A stretch of 63,379 bases of DNA, filler included, from Dimargaris cristalligena (lineage: Eukaryota), in assembly GCA_003614675.1 (NCBI GenBank). It is 7 parts of 7 records of this genome, joined end to end, with 100 filler letters (N's around TTAATTAATTAA, not from the genome) between each part and the next. Parts side by side here need not be neighbours in the genome. Positions count along the whole stretch, not along the records: positions 18,180 to 27,150 come from ML003295.1; positions 27,251 to 36,210 come from ML003296.1; positions 36,311 to 45,273 come from ML003297.1; 4 more parts are not named here. One strand, given 5' to 3'. The position numbers were made by a program, and so were the translations under genes. Under the pieces are notes generated by a model. It worked only from the letters and a program-made list of their open reading frames with translations, was not told the origin of the DNA and made no database searches. Positions 25,601-38,215 of the stretch are shown piece after piece (the first letter of the stretch is position 1; every line of letters begins with the position of its first letter).

Positions 25601-26864
25601 GCTGTGGAAGTGACCCAGGAGGAGTGTTAGGGCCATTTGCCAGAATTGTGTAGAGTGAAGTTACCCATCACCTATCGAGGTTGGAGGAGAAAAGTGGGGC
25701 AATCAGTTGACACCGCCAGTCGCACGTCGGTGTGATTTGCCAGGAAGCAAGTCAGTCACCGGCTCATACTCAATGGAGATCATAGGCATACACACTTATG
25801 TGTATTTGGTGGGGTCTACCAACGAATACACGGCCAGAATAACGCCAACTGGGTGTTTCAGGAAATGTGAAATAAATAACCAAGGACAACTGTAGGCTAA
25901 AATAGACGGGTAATGGTTCAGGCAGATGACCAATCCTAGAATATGTATATTAGGATATACCAAGATTGAACCTATAGATGATCCTCTGTATGTCATTTAA
26001 CTATGCTATTACTATATTCACAAAAAAAAACTGCCACTTCTCCATGAGGGGAGGGAGATATGCCGATATAAGTGTTCCCCCAAATACCCACTTCACTCGG
26101 CATCACTGATATTGTTTAGACAATGGTATATTCAAAGTCTGTCATAATTATAGGCATAGTCCAAAGGATAATTAAGGCACTCAAAAACATGACGGTGCAA
26201 ATTGCAGCAGATGAAGGCCATCGTTCATTTTACTCGTCAACCGAGGCCATCCTTTATAAAGGGTTGATCTGGCTGTTCAACCCTAATTACGTTTTTTGTG
26301 CTGTGTAGTAATGCTAATAACACAAATAGCCACGCCAATAATAGATTGTATAGTAGATATGTCGACGTAAAATGGCATAATGCGAGAAGAACGCAGTGTT
26401 AGGAGATTAGGAAATATTCGCCCATTGTAACAACTAATACAGTAACCCACCCCGCAAAGCAACTGATCTAATAGGAGTGACATGGTGCAGTGTTGCATTC
26501 GAGGCCTAGTGCAATCAGCCAAATATTTTTAAACTACATTAGGACAGGAGACTGTTGTGATCCGTTGGTTAACCAAGTTAATCAGGGTATACAGTCCTGA
26601 ATTGTAATAGACTAAACTTAATAGTGACCGCCAGAATGCCAGTGCCTAGGACGACCATCAGTTAGTGACATCCAATATAGTGTTTTGAAGGGCACTCTAT
26701 AGATAGTAGATACGGGATAGATCGCATATACTAATAAAGTGGCATAAATAACTGAAGGAGGGCTGTCCATCGGCATGGTGGAATTCCCGCGCCTCATTGA
26801 TTATTAAACAAGGCCCAAACTGATTTACATTATTAGTTGCGCTATAAATTAAAACCCTGGAGAG

Positions 26865-27150
26865 CTCACTTGGCAAAAAAAATGGAATATATATGGCCAT
26901 ATACCTGAAAAATCGGCCAAGGCGAGTTTGCGAATGGCCCACGATGCATCGATAGGCGTGTAAAAGTCGATTTGATGCGGCCACACTTTGCTGAATGTGT
27001 GTTGGCGTCGGGATCATCTAATCCACCGCTAGGATTCGAAACACGGGTTGGCGTGCCCTGCTCAAGTGTAGAGCGCTGGGGCGTGGATGGCGGTGTACCC
27101 GGGCCGGACGAAGATGGGACGCTAGGTCCAGAGGAACGAATGGGGAGGCG
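26865..27150 (-). CDS. 3' fragment of an unknown Ser/Pro-rich protein entering from the contig end; end approximate
   Basis: GC-rich open frame RLPIRSSGPSVPSSSGPGTPPSTPQRSTLEQ... running from the linker; no recognisable domain. Confidence 0.35.
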
Positions 27151-27250
27151 NNNNNNNNNNNNNNNNNNNNNNNNNNNNNNNNNNNNNNNNNNNNTTAATT
27201 AATTAANNNNNNNNNNNNNNNNNNNNNNNNNNNNNNNNNNNNNNNNNNNN
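27151..27250. other. Artificial contig linker
   Basis: N run with TTAATTAATTAA. Confidence 0.98.
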
Positions 27251-27253
27251 ATA

Positions 27254-28590
27254 ATAAATTCGCTTTGTATACTTGGAAACTATGCCATCATTGAATTTGT
27301 CTTGGTATACCCCAGAATCCCCTAGAATATTTCCAGGGTTCTGTACATTGTAAAATAAATATACCGGCAGCTATGTTGTTTATGTTTCAAATAATCAAAT
27401 TATTTATATGACACTCATGTGAATGTAATCATTTACTGATTATTAATACCCTTTATCTCCGATGTAACGTTGTCTAATTGTGCCTCATAAGCGACAATTT
27501 TCTCAGCCAAGATGGTAGAGTATGGATTTGGCCATAAACTGGATGCATTTCACTCTTTCATAGGATTGCTTGCTTGAGATAGCTGAAAGGTAAAAAATGA
27601 GGACTGGTAAGTGGAGGCTTAAATCTCACGTCTGAGAAAAGGGACGGTGCTCTGTGTCTGTCCTTCACTTACCAAAAGCTGCGCAGCCTAAAATATATCG
27701 TTTATAGCTGCACTGAATTGTCCTGTACACATCGTATCTTATAGCAACAATTGATAATTCAATGTTAATACATTGGTATTGGACTCCGGTCTCGGTTTTT
27801 TTTTTGCTTGGGGGATATAGGAGGAGCATGCCGTTCCTCCTTTATTGTGACCTAAATTTGTAAACGATGGCACCCTACTGACAGAAGATGAGAACATTGT
27901 ATAGGACTTTTGAGAAAGGGCCAACGGGTGTCACGGCACAGAGGGAAGGCATATTAGAATATTATCTTTCATTACGGGATTACAATTCAATTTAGTGGTT
28001 ACTGCTAGGAATCATTTTATAAAACGTGTAAATAGCGAGAGCTAGTGAGGGTATCTTGGGGACTAGTGGATCACATCCTTTGTTAGGGAAAAGCATAACG
28101 TGTGGCTTATTGCAATTACTAATATGATGGTAAATATAGGTTCTTTGTTACGGCAGGCAACTAGTCTTAATCCACCGGGGTCTACACAGGCAGGGTTCTT
28201 GGGTACAGCACTGGAAGGTATCTCAAGTAGCCCTATATCACTAAGGAATGGGGGATACTGGAATACTAATACACATTTGCTAATAATATGGGCGGTAGTA
28301 TATGGGCTTATTAGAAAAATAAATGTGAAAAATGCTAACGGATAACCAGGTTGGTTCCTGGGTAGGTTTTTAAATAGATGGATATCCCCAATTGACCGTC
28401 TGGAAGGATGTTGTGGAGGTACTAGTTACGGACACGTATTAAAACAACTGCTATAGGAACAGATAAGTATTTGGAACAATACTTGAGTGTAAACGGCTGA
28501 GTCTGGCGGTAGCAGCTGGGGATTGGAATTAGGTCATCTATTGCCATCTGATGCTGCTATTGGTGGGTACTTGTGAATAATAAGGTGCCA
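27254..28590 (+). repeat. Left arm of ~1.34-kb inverted repeat
   Basis: Near-identical reverse complement of 34874-36207; ORFs 28100-28345(+) and 35116-35361(-) differ at only 2 aa. Confidence 0.97.
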
Positions 28591-29001
28591 TATAACCAAG
28601 TTGCATGTGGTTTTTTCGGCCCTTCTATGCCGGGTTAACTGGTTCTATATATGTATTGATTCACCGCTAAAATATCCAGGCTTATGCAGCCGGTTGATTG
28701 CTCAAATTTAGGAAAAAAATTACTATCTAGCAGGTCTTGCTTAGAAAGCGGTATAATCCTTGCCAACTTCCCCCAGGATAAATTTAGGGGGCATTCTAGT
28801 ATTGACAGATTGGTATAGTTAGCCATTTTGGGAAGTCCCCAGTATTCACCCGGGTATACTATTATTCAATTCTATACTATATCCATTTATTTCTAGACCA
28901 TTTTTTAGTATTACATTGGTAATTGACGAGCCCTTTTAACCGAACCCTTCTTGGGACAACTTTATTGGTCGGACTAGATATTCTAAGCCAGGCCTCTAAT
29001 A

Positions 29002-29139
29002 TGGGTGAAATTAGGCCCAGCTGTATAGGCTTATTAATGATATGTGTATGGCAAAATATATAGGATATTATTTTTAACCAGAAATATTTGCACCATCCCA
29101 ACGGATTTTTCGTTATACAGCTCGGCTGAACCTCACCCA
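29002..29139 (+). mobile_element. MITE family A, copy 2
   Basis: TA|TGGGTGAAATT...CAGCTGTATA ... TTATACAGCTCGGCTGAACCTCACCCA. Confidence 0.8.
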
Positions 29140-30181
29140 TGTCTCTAAATCAAAAACTATTTAGCTACCAACTTTAGGGCTCGTGGTACGTTAGTCCAGT
29201 TGGTAGCATACTTTCCCGGAGCCCCTATTTCTGTCTCATCGGATTTCACATTATCGCACTCTGCCTAGATCAAGTTTATATTTCCAGATTTTATGTTGAT
29301 TGCACTTTACAATACGAGGATGCCAGTTACAAATTTTAAATAGTCATGTACCCTCTTCTTATTCCAAACATACCAGTATCCACGCAACCATGTTTTGTTT
29401 TTTGAAATATAACATTTATTATTATCAAGCCTTGTTATCCAGGGAAGTCCCTGATATTTTTTTACCCACCATGCTTCTTCGGTGTATTTCTGGAATTATA
29501 ATGGTGCAAATGTGGATGCCAAGGCGACTAGTTCACTATTCACTTATTACGCATTACTCGCTAATCCTAGTCCAGATTGGATCCCGCCGATTAGCTAAAA
29601 ATGCCACGCTCAATGGCTGACACGTTTCACCCAGTATTAAGTATATCTCGCATATACTAAATTTCGATAAATGATATATTAGATTTGGGAAATAGACGGG
29701 CATACATGTAAAGAGGTGTTCTGAATAATATAGGCACTAACAGCTATAAAAAAAACTTCTCGAGGTGGACACTGGAGAGATGAATATATATTTGTAAAAA
29801 GCCACTATAATAAAATGATAATTGAATTACACATCAATGATTAAGAAATTATTATAAGGGGGAATGTCATCACAAAAATAATAAAATAGTTACTCCTATA
29901 CTAAATATAGAGCTAATTGTCATGGATATACTAGGCAAGATGGTATTGGATTTTGGTAACCGCTTAAACACGCAGTAAAGGGTCATCGGACAAGCTTCAG
30001 TTGAATCAGCGGAGGGAAGAAATATATAGGGTGGTGAATGGCGAGATTAGAAGAAGAAAGCATGTGTGAAGGGGGTATATAAGGTACAAAAGGCGGAGAA
30101 TGGCAATACATCTCCCCGCACTATCAAGATGCCCTCAGTATAGAGAGGGGGGTGGGTTAAGTAGAAGACACAGAATACGAA

Positions 30182-31528
30182 TTATAGATGAGAGCCATCA
30201 TACACTTCATTTAGACTGTCGGCGCGAGAGGCGGGCATTTTGCCTTGTTTTTTAGCGGACATGCCGCGGAGATCGGGTGAGTTAGTAATGGAATCCGATG
30301 AGGAGGTTTGGGAGCAGGAGGCGTAGTCAGGGGTAAGGTATGGGGGCAAGTGGGCGGGTGTAATGGCAGGGGCCATGAACGTGGATTTTTCAACCACAAT
30401 TTCGGGAACGCCCGAAGGGGGGCGGCTGGGGGACGATTTGGGGGGCTGGGGAATGGTAGGGGTATGGAGGTCCCGGGGGTGGTGAGTCAAGGGGACCGGA
30501 GGAGGTGAGCTAGCCGAGGCAGCAGTCCCAGGGCCGGCCGCAGCAGATAATGGGCGACCAATAAAAAGGGGAGAGGGTTGGCGGGAACGCGGGTCGGTCT
30601 TGGACTCCTCCTTGACCAGGTGTAGCTGGTGGGCATCCAGGAGATCGGTGTACATGCGTACGGCATCGGCCAGCTGACCCGTGCTGCTTACGATGCGGTC
30701 TATGAGGTCGGTATCACCCGGGGGGATATGCTGCAGCACGCTCAGCAGGGCCTGGTGAAGCTCCCGGCTCTTGGGGATAAACTCGCCAACCACAGGGTTA
30801 TCATTGATATCGTTGGTCTCCGGCGAGATGGTCATGAGCGCCTCGGTCAGCATCTGGGCATAATTTAGGGCGAGAGTGGCCAGGGTAGCGGGCTGCGGCG
30901 CAGTCGGGGATAGATGAAGGGCACCCGGCAGCTGGGGTTCGACGTATGCGCCAAGGGGGGCCAACATGGTGTAACCGAAAACACCGTAGTGCTCAGACAC
31001 GCCAGACACTAGAGGGCGGGGCACAAAGCGAATGCGGGGAGGGCCCCAGTAGCGTTGAGCCCCCAGGGCGGTATGCGCCAATGGGGTGGTTAACGCGGGG
31101 TCCGAAGTTTGGGCGGCCCAGTGTTCTAGGATGTTGATGAGCGCATCCCGGAGCACATGAATCGTGGTGGCGGAGTAGATGCGATTGGTTAGGTCATTGA
31201 GAAACGTGGGAGCGGCTATTGTCGGAAGTACGGTGGTCGGGGCCTCTTCAACGAGAGAATTGAGGACCATGAGAGAACCGATAGAGGCGGTGACTTTACG
31301 GGACCACAGCCGGCGACGGAGATTACCGGCGGTCTTTTTCCAGAATTTGTCACTAGCCTTAACCTCGGCGATGAGGTCAGGAAGCCCCTCGAGGGGGTGT
31401 TCAATGGCGCGGTCCACACTGACCTCTGGCTTGCCCTTGAGTAATCCCAGCACCAGGTTCCAGCGGGAACGTTTAGTGGAAAGGGTCCGGGGAGGGGGCT
31501 CGATGATAGTTTCGGACTGGGTAGCCAT
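30182..31528 (-). CDS. VHS + GAT domain endosomal adaptor (TOM1/Lsb5-like), intronless
   Basis: Helical VHS-like N-terminus (WNLVLGL...LRRRL...SLMVLNSLVE...FLNDL), GAT-like ALNYAQMLTEAL...NPVVGEF...DLIDRIV...LADAVRMY, Pro-rich tail; 448-aa ORF. Confidence 0.75.
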   Translation of the reverse strand: MATQSETIIEPPPRTLSTKRSRWNLVLGLLKGKPEVSVDRAIEHPLEGLPDLIAEVKASDKFWKKTAGNLRRRLWSRKVTASIGSLMVLNSLVEEAPTTVLPTIAAPTFLNDLTNRIYSATTIHVLRDALINILEHWAAQTSDPALTTPLAHTALGAQRYWGPPRIRFVPRPLVSGVSEHYGVFGYTMLAPLGAYVEPQLPGALHLSPTAPQPATLATLALNYAQMLTEALMTISPETNDINDNPVVGEFIPKSRELHQALLSVLQHIPPGDTDLIDRIVSSTGQLADAVRMYTDLLDAHQLHLVKEESKTDPRSRQPSPLFIGRPLSAAAGPGTAASASSPPPVPLTHHPRDLHTPTIPQPPKSSPSRPPSGVPEIVVEKSTFMAPAITPAHLPPYLTPDYASCSQTSSSDSITNSPDLRGMSAKKQGKMPASRADSLNEVYDGSHL

Positions 31529-33900
31529 GCCGGAGGGATTAGAGGATGGAGCGTGGTGCAGGGGCTGAACCAGGCGGCTGGGGGGATTTCCTTTCGGGGG
31601 AGACCAGGACTAAGAAAAACACAGAAGTAGTTGCGACGACGACGACGAAGGCGAGTCACTCTAACTCAAGGTCGATTCACGCAAAGCAAAACGGGGCGAG
31701 TATGAAAAAGATGACGGAGGAGGGTAATAAGGTGAGCAATGCGAGTAAGAGCTTCGTTGGGTATATAAAGGGAAGGGTAATCCAAAGACAAGTGCTAATA
31801 AGCTGTAGCCAGCTCCGACGGCGATTAGCGAAGGGAAAGGAAAACCAAAATTACGTGAGGCTAGCAACACAGGGTTACTAACTGGAAGGCAGTAGAGTGG
31901 CACCACCTCCGAGGGAACTCAAGGAAGGCACTCGGGCAAGCGAGGAAGGAAGGGCTGAGTAACGGGCTAAAACACAAAGCCAGCGGAACAAGAACAAAGA
32001 TGCGCACACGATTAAAAGAGAGTAGAGGGCGGCGGCAGGTATTTCTATATATATATAATTAAGGCTTTGGAAATGTGTATAGATTATATTTACAAAAATG
32101 GGATATACGAATATGTGTAATGGCAAATGCAAGGATGTGGACATGAGAATGAATTGCATGTTTAGTGAATGGGAAGTGGGATGGGGACAGCCATTGGGCA
32201 GACTCGAGAGTTGACAGGTCCAATAACACCGGAGCAACTACAGAGTGGCCAAGGAAGGCACTATATACATGAAAGTGGTGGTCAATACACTACGAATGTG
32301 CGAGTGTGTTGGTCAACGGAACGGATGAGCATGTCAAAAATATCCTTCCTTTTGCCCTGCCGAATGGGCTTCCGCGGCTGGTACATTTCACGGATCGGCC
32401 ACGGCCTTGCGGAAGGCGACGAATATACAGGGAAAGGGAGATTGTCCGTCACCCCTATGCATCGGGAAGATTGCTCCTCTATCACATTTAAGCGGATTTC
32501 CTAACCAAGTGGGGGGGGTGCTGCTTTTTAGTGTCTTAAGCCAAAATAGGTTTAAAGCCCCTGGCAGCTTTCAATGGGCTGTTGCTCGGTCATTATTGCG
32601 TTGGTACGACGGTTCGGGCTGTTATTAATAATCTCTCGCTTCCCGATGCTCTTACGGCCGAGGCCTAGCTCTCGGGTGGATAATATTACCTTGCTTGGCC
32701 TTGGCATTGTCAGATGCCCTGACCACGTGATGGATATAGGCGCCAAGAAACACCCGCCACCAAGCGTCGAGTTAAGGGCTCCCTACTATTTCTAGAGCCA
32801 AATCGCTTTGGGGGGCATCATATACAACAGGCCTGATCCACTGCATGGGATATCTGATGACCATGAAGACACTTCTCCAATGCGCACCCGACCTGCCCTC
32901 TCGTCACTAGGCTGAATGATGCCTCTGGGGTATCGATTGCCACACAGTTCAGTGGAATTGGGAACCATTTGGTTCTCCTTGTACACTAGCCTATTCACCA
33001 CTTGGGCGACGAAAAAATAAAAAGAGAAAATCCCCCGGTGTTGATGCACCCCATCACGGATAATACCACTCGAAAGGGCAGCATACCGCACAATGACAAT
33101 GATCTTATGTAGCCTTATTCTTATTGTTAGCCCTTTTAGTTTGGGAGGACACCCTCGTCATCAAGAAGAGGTTGTGTTCCTTTAAAAGAGCAGTACCAAC
33201 CACATATGTCACCCACCTCCCCCAGCATATGCGTGCTGCTTCTAAAGGCCAATTAGATTGTCCATCGTCATCATGACTGTAGTTTAGCTTCGGCTGACCT
33301 TATTTACGCTGGCTGCCCCCGCCCCCCCCCTCAGGAGACACCATAGAACTCCCCTAAATGATACCTAACAAGCAGGGTGCACTGCAGCTAAGTGGGCTGC
33401 ATCCTCGGTGGGCCACAAACCTTTCACCTAGGATATATACTGCTACTCCGGAACTAAGACAGTCTGATATTTCAATGACATACCCCAACCCAATTGGCCA
33501 ATGTTCGAATGACCCGATGGACTCTGGCCAAGGAATAAAATAGACGGAAGTATTCACCGTGGCACGGGTTGGCATCTTCGGGTCTTGGCTTTGTAACAAC
33601 CCGGGCCAAACAATACAGGTGATTCCAAGAAATACCGGACACAAGAATTGCTGCCAAGCGTAGACCACATTCACGTTTCTCGGATAAAATAATTTCTTAA
33701 TCATTGTGGCTAATTAGCGATCAACAGGTAACAAAGGTACGGTCCAAGGGATCCATTCATTTACGGACTTCATAAACAATAGAGTGGCGGGGCGTTAGGC
33801 CGATAGGGAACTAGGGGTAGGTTAGAGTAGTTATGTACTGGTGATGAAGCAGTCAATAAAATTCAGCAATTTTACCCTGTTGCATAGACCGAGCTTAATA

Positions 33901-34040
33901 TGGGTGAAATCCAAACTAGCTGTATAAAGCCTTACACAATATGTGTATAGGAGAATATGTGAGATAAATTATTTTAACCAGAATTTTTGGCCCCATCTAA
34001 TGGATTTATCGTTTTATACAGCCTGGATGAACTTCTCCCA
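33901..34040 (+). mobile_element. MITE family A, copy 3
   Basis: TA|TGGGTGAAATCCAAACTAGCTGTATAA ... TTATACAGCCTGGATGAACTTCTCCCA|TA. Confidence 0.85.
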
Positions 34041-34873
34041 TATCCAGTAATACCAGCTCATACCACAAGGCAAACAATAGGGGTTCGTTATCATTATATG
34101 GTATCTGTCACTATTTCCTAGAGCCCCCCTCCTCTCCTTAGGGCAGTACCGTCAGTGTACATGCCGACCACCTGTCATGATATTTGCAAACCAACCTATC
34201 TACCGGATATTATTTCTTCATACTGTTTCAATATACACATGCTACACCAATGAGCCCTTGTCCGTTGCATTGGTTTAACTCAGCTACTAGGGCTTTTCAT
34301 ATCACACTCAGGTCGGATATTCTCGACAATAATAACCGAGTTCAAATTAATCACTGAAAAGAGGGTTGCAAAAAGCATTCAGGTTGCAGAAAAATGTCTT
34401 AATACTTAGGAAAACCTGCACTGGGCGAACAACCTTGGTCGAGAATATATAGGAATATTCGGAAAATAAAATGATAAACCTGGGCCAATGCTTGAAGGCA
34501 GTTACAAATAAAATTGAAGAAATATGCTAGCTTGCAAACTGAACACCAGACCACCGGCCTGATAGTATTGGTACATAACTTTGTAGGTCAAATGATGGAA
34601 TATCTAGAGTAAAAATAAAAATATCGGACATATCATTTATTGTTGTTGGGGAATACATTTTTTGACAATGTTTTAACCATTTCCTATATATTAACAGTTG
34701 TTTAACCCGGCCAGCGTTTGTAAGGCGGGTATTATGAAGGTGATTCCTTATAATGAACTGTATCTTTAAAACATCTACAGCTATTACATGACATGCCCTA
34801 GTATATTAGTAATATTTGTTGTACTGGTTAACCCGGCCTAGAAGGACTGAGGAATTTCCATGCGACGATTATT

Positions 34874-36207
34874 TGGCACCTTATTATTCACAAGTATCCA
34901 CCAATAGCAGCATCAGATGGCAATAGATGACCTAATTCCAATCCCCAGCTGCTACCGCCAGACTCAGCCGTTTACACTCAAGTATTGTTCCAAATAATCT
35001 GTTCCTATAGCAGTTGTTTTAATACGTGTCCGTAACTAGTACTTCCACAACATCCTTCCAGACGGTCAATTGGGGATATCCATCTATTTAATAACCTACC
35101 CAGGAACCAACCTGGTTATCCGTTAGCATTTTTCACATTTATTTTTCTAATAAGCCCATATACTACCGCCCATATTGTTAGCAATTGTGTATTAGTATTC
35201 CAGTATCCCCCATTCCTTAGTGATATAGGGCTACTTGAGATCCCTTCCAGTGCTGTACCCAAGAACCCTGCCTGTGTAGACCCCGGTGGATTAAGACTAG
35301 TTGCCTGCCGTAACAAAGAACCTATATTTACCATCATATTAGTAATTGCAATAAGCCACACGTTATGCTTTTCCCTAACAAAGGATGTGATCCACTAGTC
35401 CCCAAGATACCCTCACTAGCTCTCGCTATTTACACGTTTTATAAAATGATTCCTAGCAGTAACCACTAAATTGAATTGTAATCCCGTAATGAAAGATAAT
35501 ATTCTAATATGCCTTCCCTCTGTGCCGTGACACTCAGTGGCCCTTTCTCAATAGTTCTATAGAATGTTCTCATCTTCTGTCAGTAGGGTGCGATCGTTTA
35601 CAAATTTAGGTCACAATAATGGAGGAACGGCATGCTCCTCCTATATCCCCCAAGCAAAAAAAAAACCGAGACCGGAGTCCAATACCAATGTATTAACATT
35701 GAATTATCAATTGTTGCTATAAGATACGATGTGTACAGGACAATTCAGTGCAGCTATAAACGATATATTTTAGGCTGAGCAGCTTTTGGTAAGTGAAGGA
35801 CAGACACAGAGCACCGTCCCTTTTCTCAGACGTGAGATTTAAGCCTCCACTTACCAGTCCTCATTTTTTACCTTTCAGCTATCTCAAGCAAGCAATCCTA
35901 TGAAAGAGTGAAATGCATCCAGTTTATGGCCAAATCCATACTCTACCATCTTGGCTGAGAAAATTGTCGCTTATGAGGCACAATTAGACAACGTTACATC
36001 GGAGATAAAGGGTATTAATAATCAGTAAATGATTACATTCACATGAGTGTCATATAAATAATTTGATTATTTGAAACATAAACAACATAGCTGCCGGTAT
36101 ATTTATTTTACAATGTACAGAACCCTGGAAATATTCTAGGGGATTCTGGGGTATACCAAGACAAATTCAATGATGGCATAGTTTCCAAGTATACAAAGCG
36201 AATTTAT
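34874..36207 (-). repeat. Right arm of ~1.34-kb inverted repeat
   Basis: Reverse complement of 27254-28590 with scattered substitutions. Confidence 0.97.
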
Positions 36208-36210
36208 GGG

Positions 36211-36310
36211 NNNNNNNNNNNNNNNNNNNNNNNNNNNNNNNNNNNNNNNNNNNNTTAATTAATTAANNNNNNNNNNNNNNNNNNNNNNNNNNNNNNNNNN
36301 NNNNNNNNNN
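36211..36310. other. Artificial contig linker
   Basis: N run with TTAATTAATTAA. Confidence 0.98.
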
Positions 36311-36457
36311 GATTCTTTCCCTGCCTCATCACTCCGACAATGGGCCGTTTCCCTCCAACCACCACACCAGACCTATCCAGTACATTTGGTACAGTCCGCA
36401 CCCTGGACCCCCCAAAGCCACACAGCCCCCAATGTATTCAACTCAAGCTAAAGCATA

Positions 36458-36595
36458 TGGGTGAAATTCGGCCCAGCCATATAAAGGTTTACATTATACG
36501 TGTATGGGAAAATATATGGGAAATGTATTTTTAACTAGTAATATTAGCCGAATCTAATGGATTTTTCGTTATACAGCTTGGATGAACTTCTCCCA
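36458..36595 (+). mobile_element. MITE family A, copy 4
   Basis: TA|TGGGTGAAATTC ... TTATACAGCTTGGATGAACTTCTCCCA|TA. Confidence 0.85.
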
Positions 36596-38215
36596 TATCT
36601 AGGCTGCCTAGACGTAAATCCATAGAACTTAATAGGTGAATTGACCCAGTCGAATACAGTGTCTTCTCGGATTACTTGGTCCCGTCTCGCTGACCCGTGT
36701 CCCCCCTATTTTGTATAACAGTTTTCAACTCCTCCTCCCCCCACTTTCCATTTTTGTGTTCGTCATATAGCCCTCTGTTCCACCTCACACCACCCCTGCC
36801 ATCCTCCACTGCCAGTTTAAGCCGTTTCAGGGACAATTAACGCAAGGGTCCGGTGCCCCTGGGGTGGATGAGCTGCCGCCCGAAAGCCTGCCACCGTGGA
36901 CACGTCGCGTATATATAGAAATAAATATATAAAATTATGTGTGAATATGTGGGGTGAAGGAGGGAGGGGGGCTGAGGGGTGGTGGTATGAGCACTAAAGA
37001 GTAGCTTGGCAACCACAATGACGGTCTTAATGTACATCTGGAATCCATTATTGTTGTGTCCATTCCTCCTTATAGCATTGTATTCGAAACACCTATTCAA
37101 TTCAATTTGGTATAGCCCCTGTCTCTCATTCGTTTTGGCCATTCACCCAGCAACGTGGTCTGTTCAGCGAAATATTACCATCGTTACTACCACTACGCCA
37201 TGGCAATGGGCTGCAGTAGTTCATGTGATATGCGGACCCTTCCATTTATTACAGTTGTCATTTTTCTTCACGGTATTAATTATCTAACCTAGCGCTTTTA
37301 TATATTTTTATTCAGGAAGCTAAGTAAACTTCCCATTCTCATCACCCATCAACGGCGCCGGTCAAACCAAGGTACCTTGTGATTTCTTGGTATGTGTGCG
37401 AGGGTGTAAGGGTGGGGGGGGAGAAGTTCCACGCCTTGGGTAGGTTATTCCTTCCCAGCTCTAGGCTCATTTCAATTATTGGTATTATCGCCGATCAACC
37501 CTGGCAAAATAAAATGCACTGGAATACATCCGGGCCTGTAAACATTTACGTCTATATTTTCGCTCGGTACCGACGTACGCCCCGACTCATCCCGGCCGAA
37601 TCTTCCCGCACTCTTTCATTTATCAAGCCCGGCACCAATGCACGCTCCGAATATAGGTGGTTCCACGGCTGTACTACCCAGTGTTCAACGACCGGTTAAG
37701 GTGAAATAGATTAGGTCAATACAATGCAATTCCCACCCTCAGCGACCCAGTTGATAAACACGCAAGTGTTTTAGGAAGTGGGTCCCAATATGGAGTGGTG
37801 TGCTATTTAGGTCATGCACCCGATCCGTTATCCAGTTGGGGACAGAGGAGGTCGCCCATCATAACCAAGACGTCTAGCTCCCAGCCAAGCCTTTATAATT
37901 GATTTCCCATGCATGGTAACTATGGCCATGGTAAGTAGTTGCTACTTTAATTCAAAACAATATTAACTAGTTATCATAATACACCGACGGACCATTGGAT
38001 ATTCCCTTCAGCAGTTTAATCACTTTTACATTTTTTAAGGCTAAATGAGATCGATGAATTCTGTTGAGCAATCCCATACGTAGTCTAGGTATAGTCATTG
38101 TTCGACTCACTGCAATTGAGTATTGGTATCCTCTAATCCAACCCTTCACAACAATGGTTTAGAACCAAGTAAAGTAAGCGATAGGGTTACAATGGGCAAC
38201 GAGTCGGTCAGCCGT

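Noticed and set aside
28100-28345. Duplicated 81-aa ORF (also 35116-35361) as a gene
   Set aside because: Begins at GTG, has no recognisable features, and its duplication is explained by the inverted repeat.
27254-36207. Inverted repeat as a pure whole-genome-amplification foldback artefact
   Set aside because: The arms carry multiple substitutions and older diverged similarity further inward, unlike an exact template-switch copy; not fully excluded without reads.
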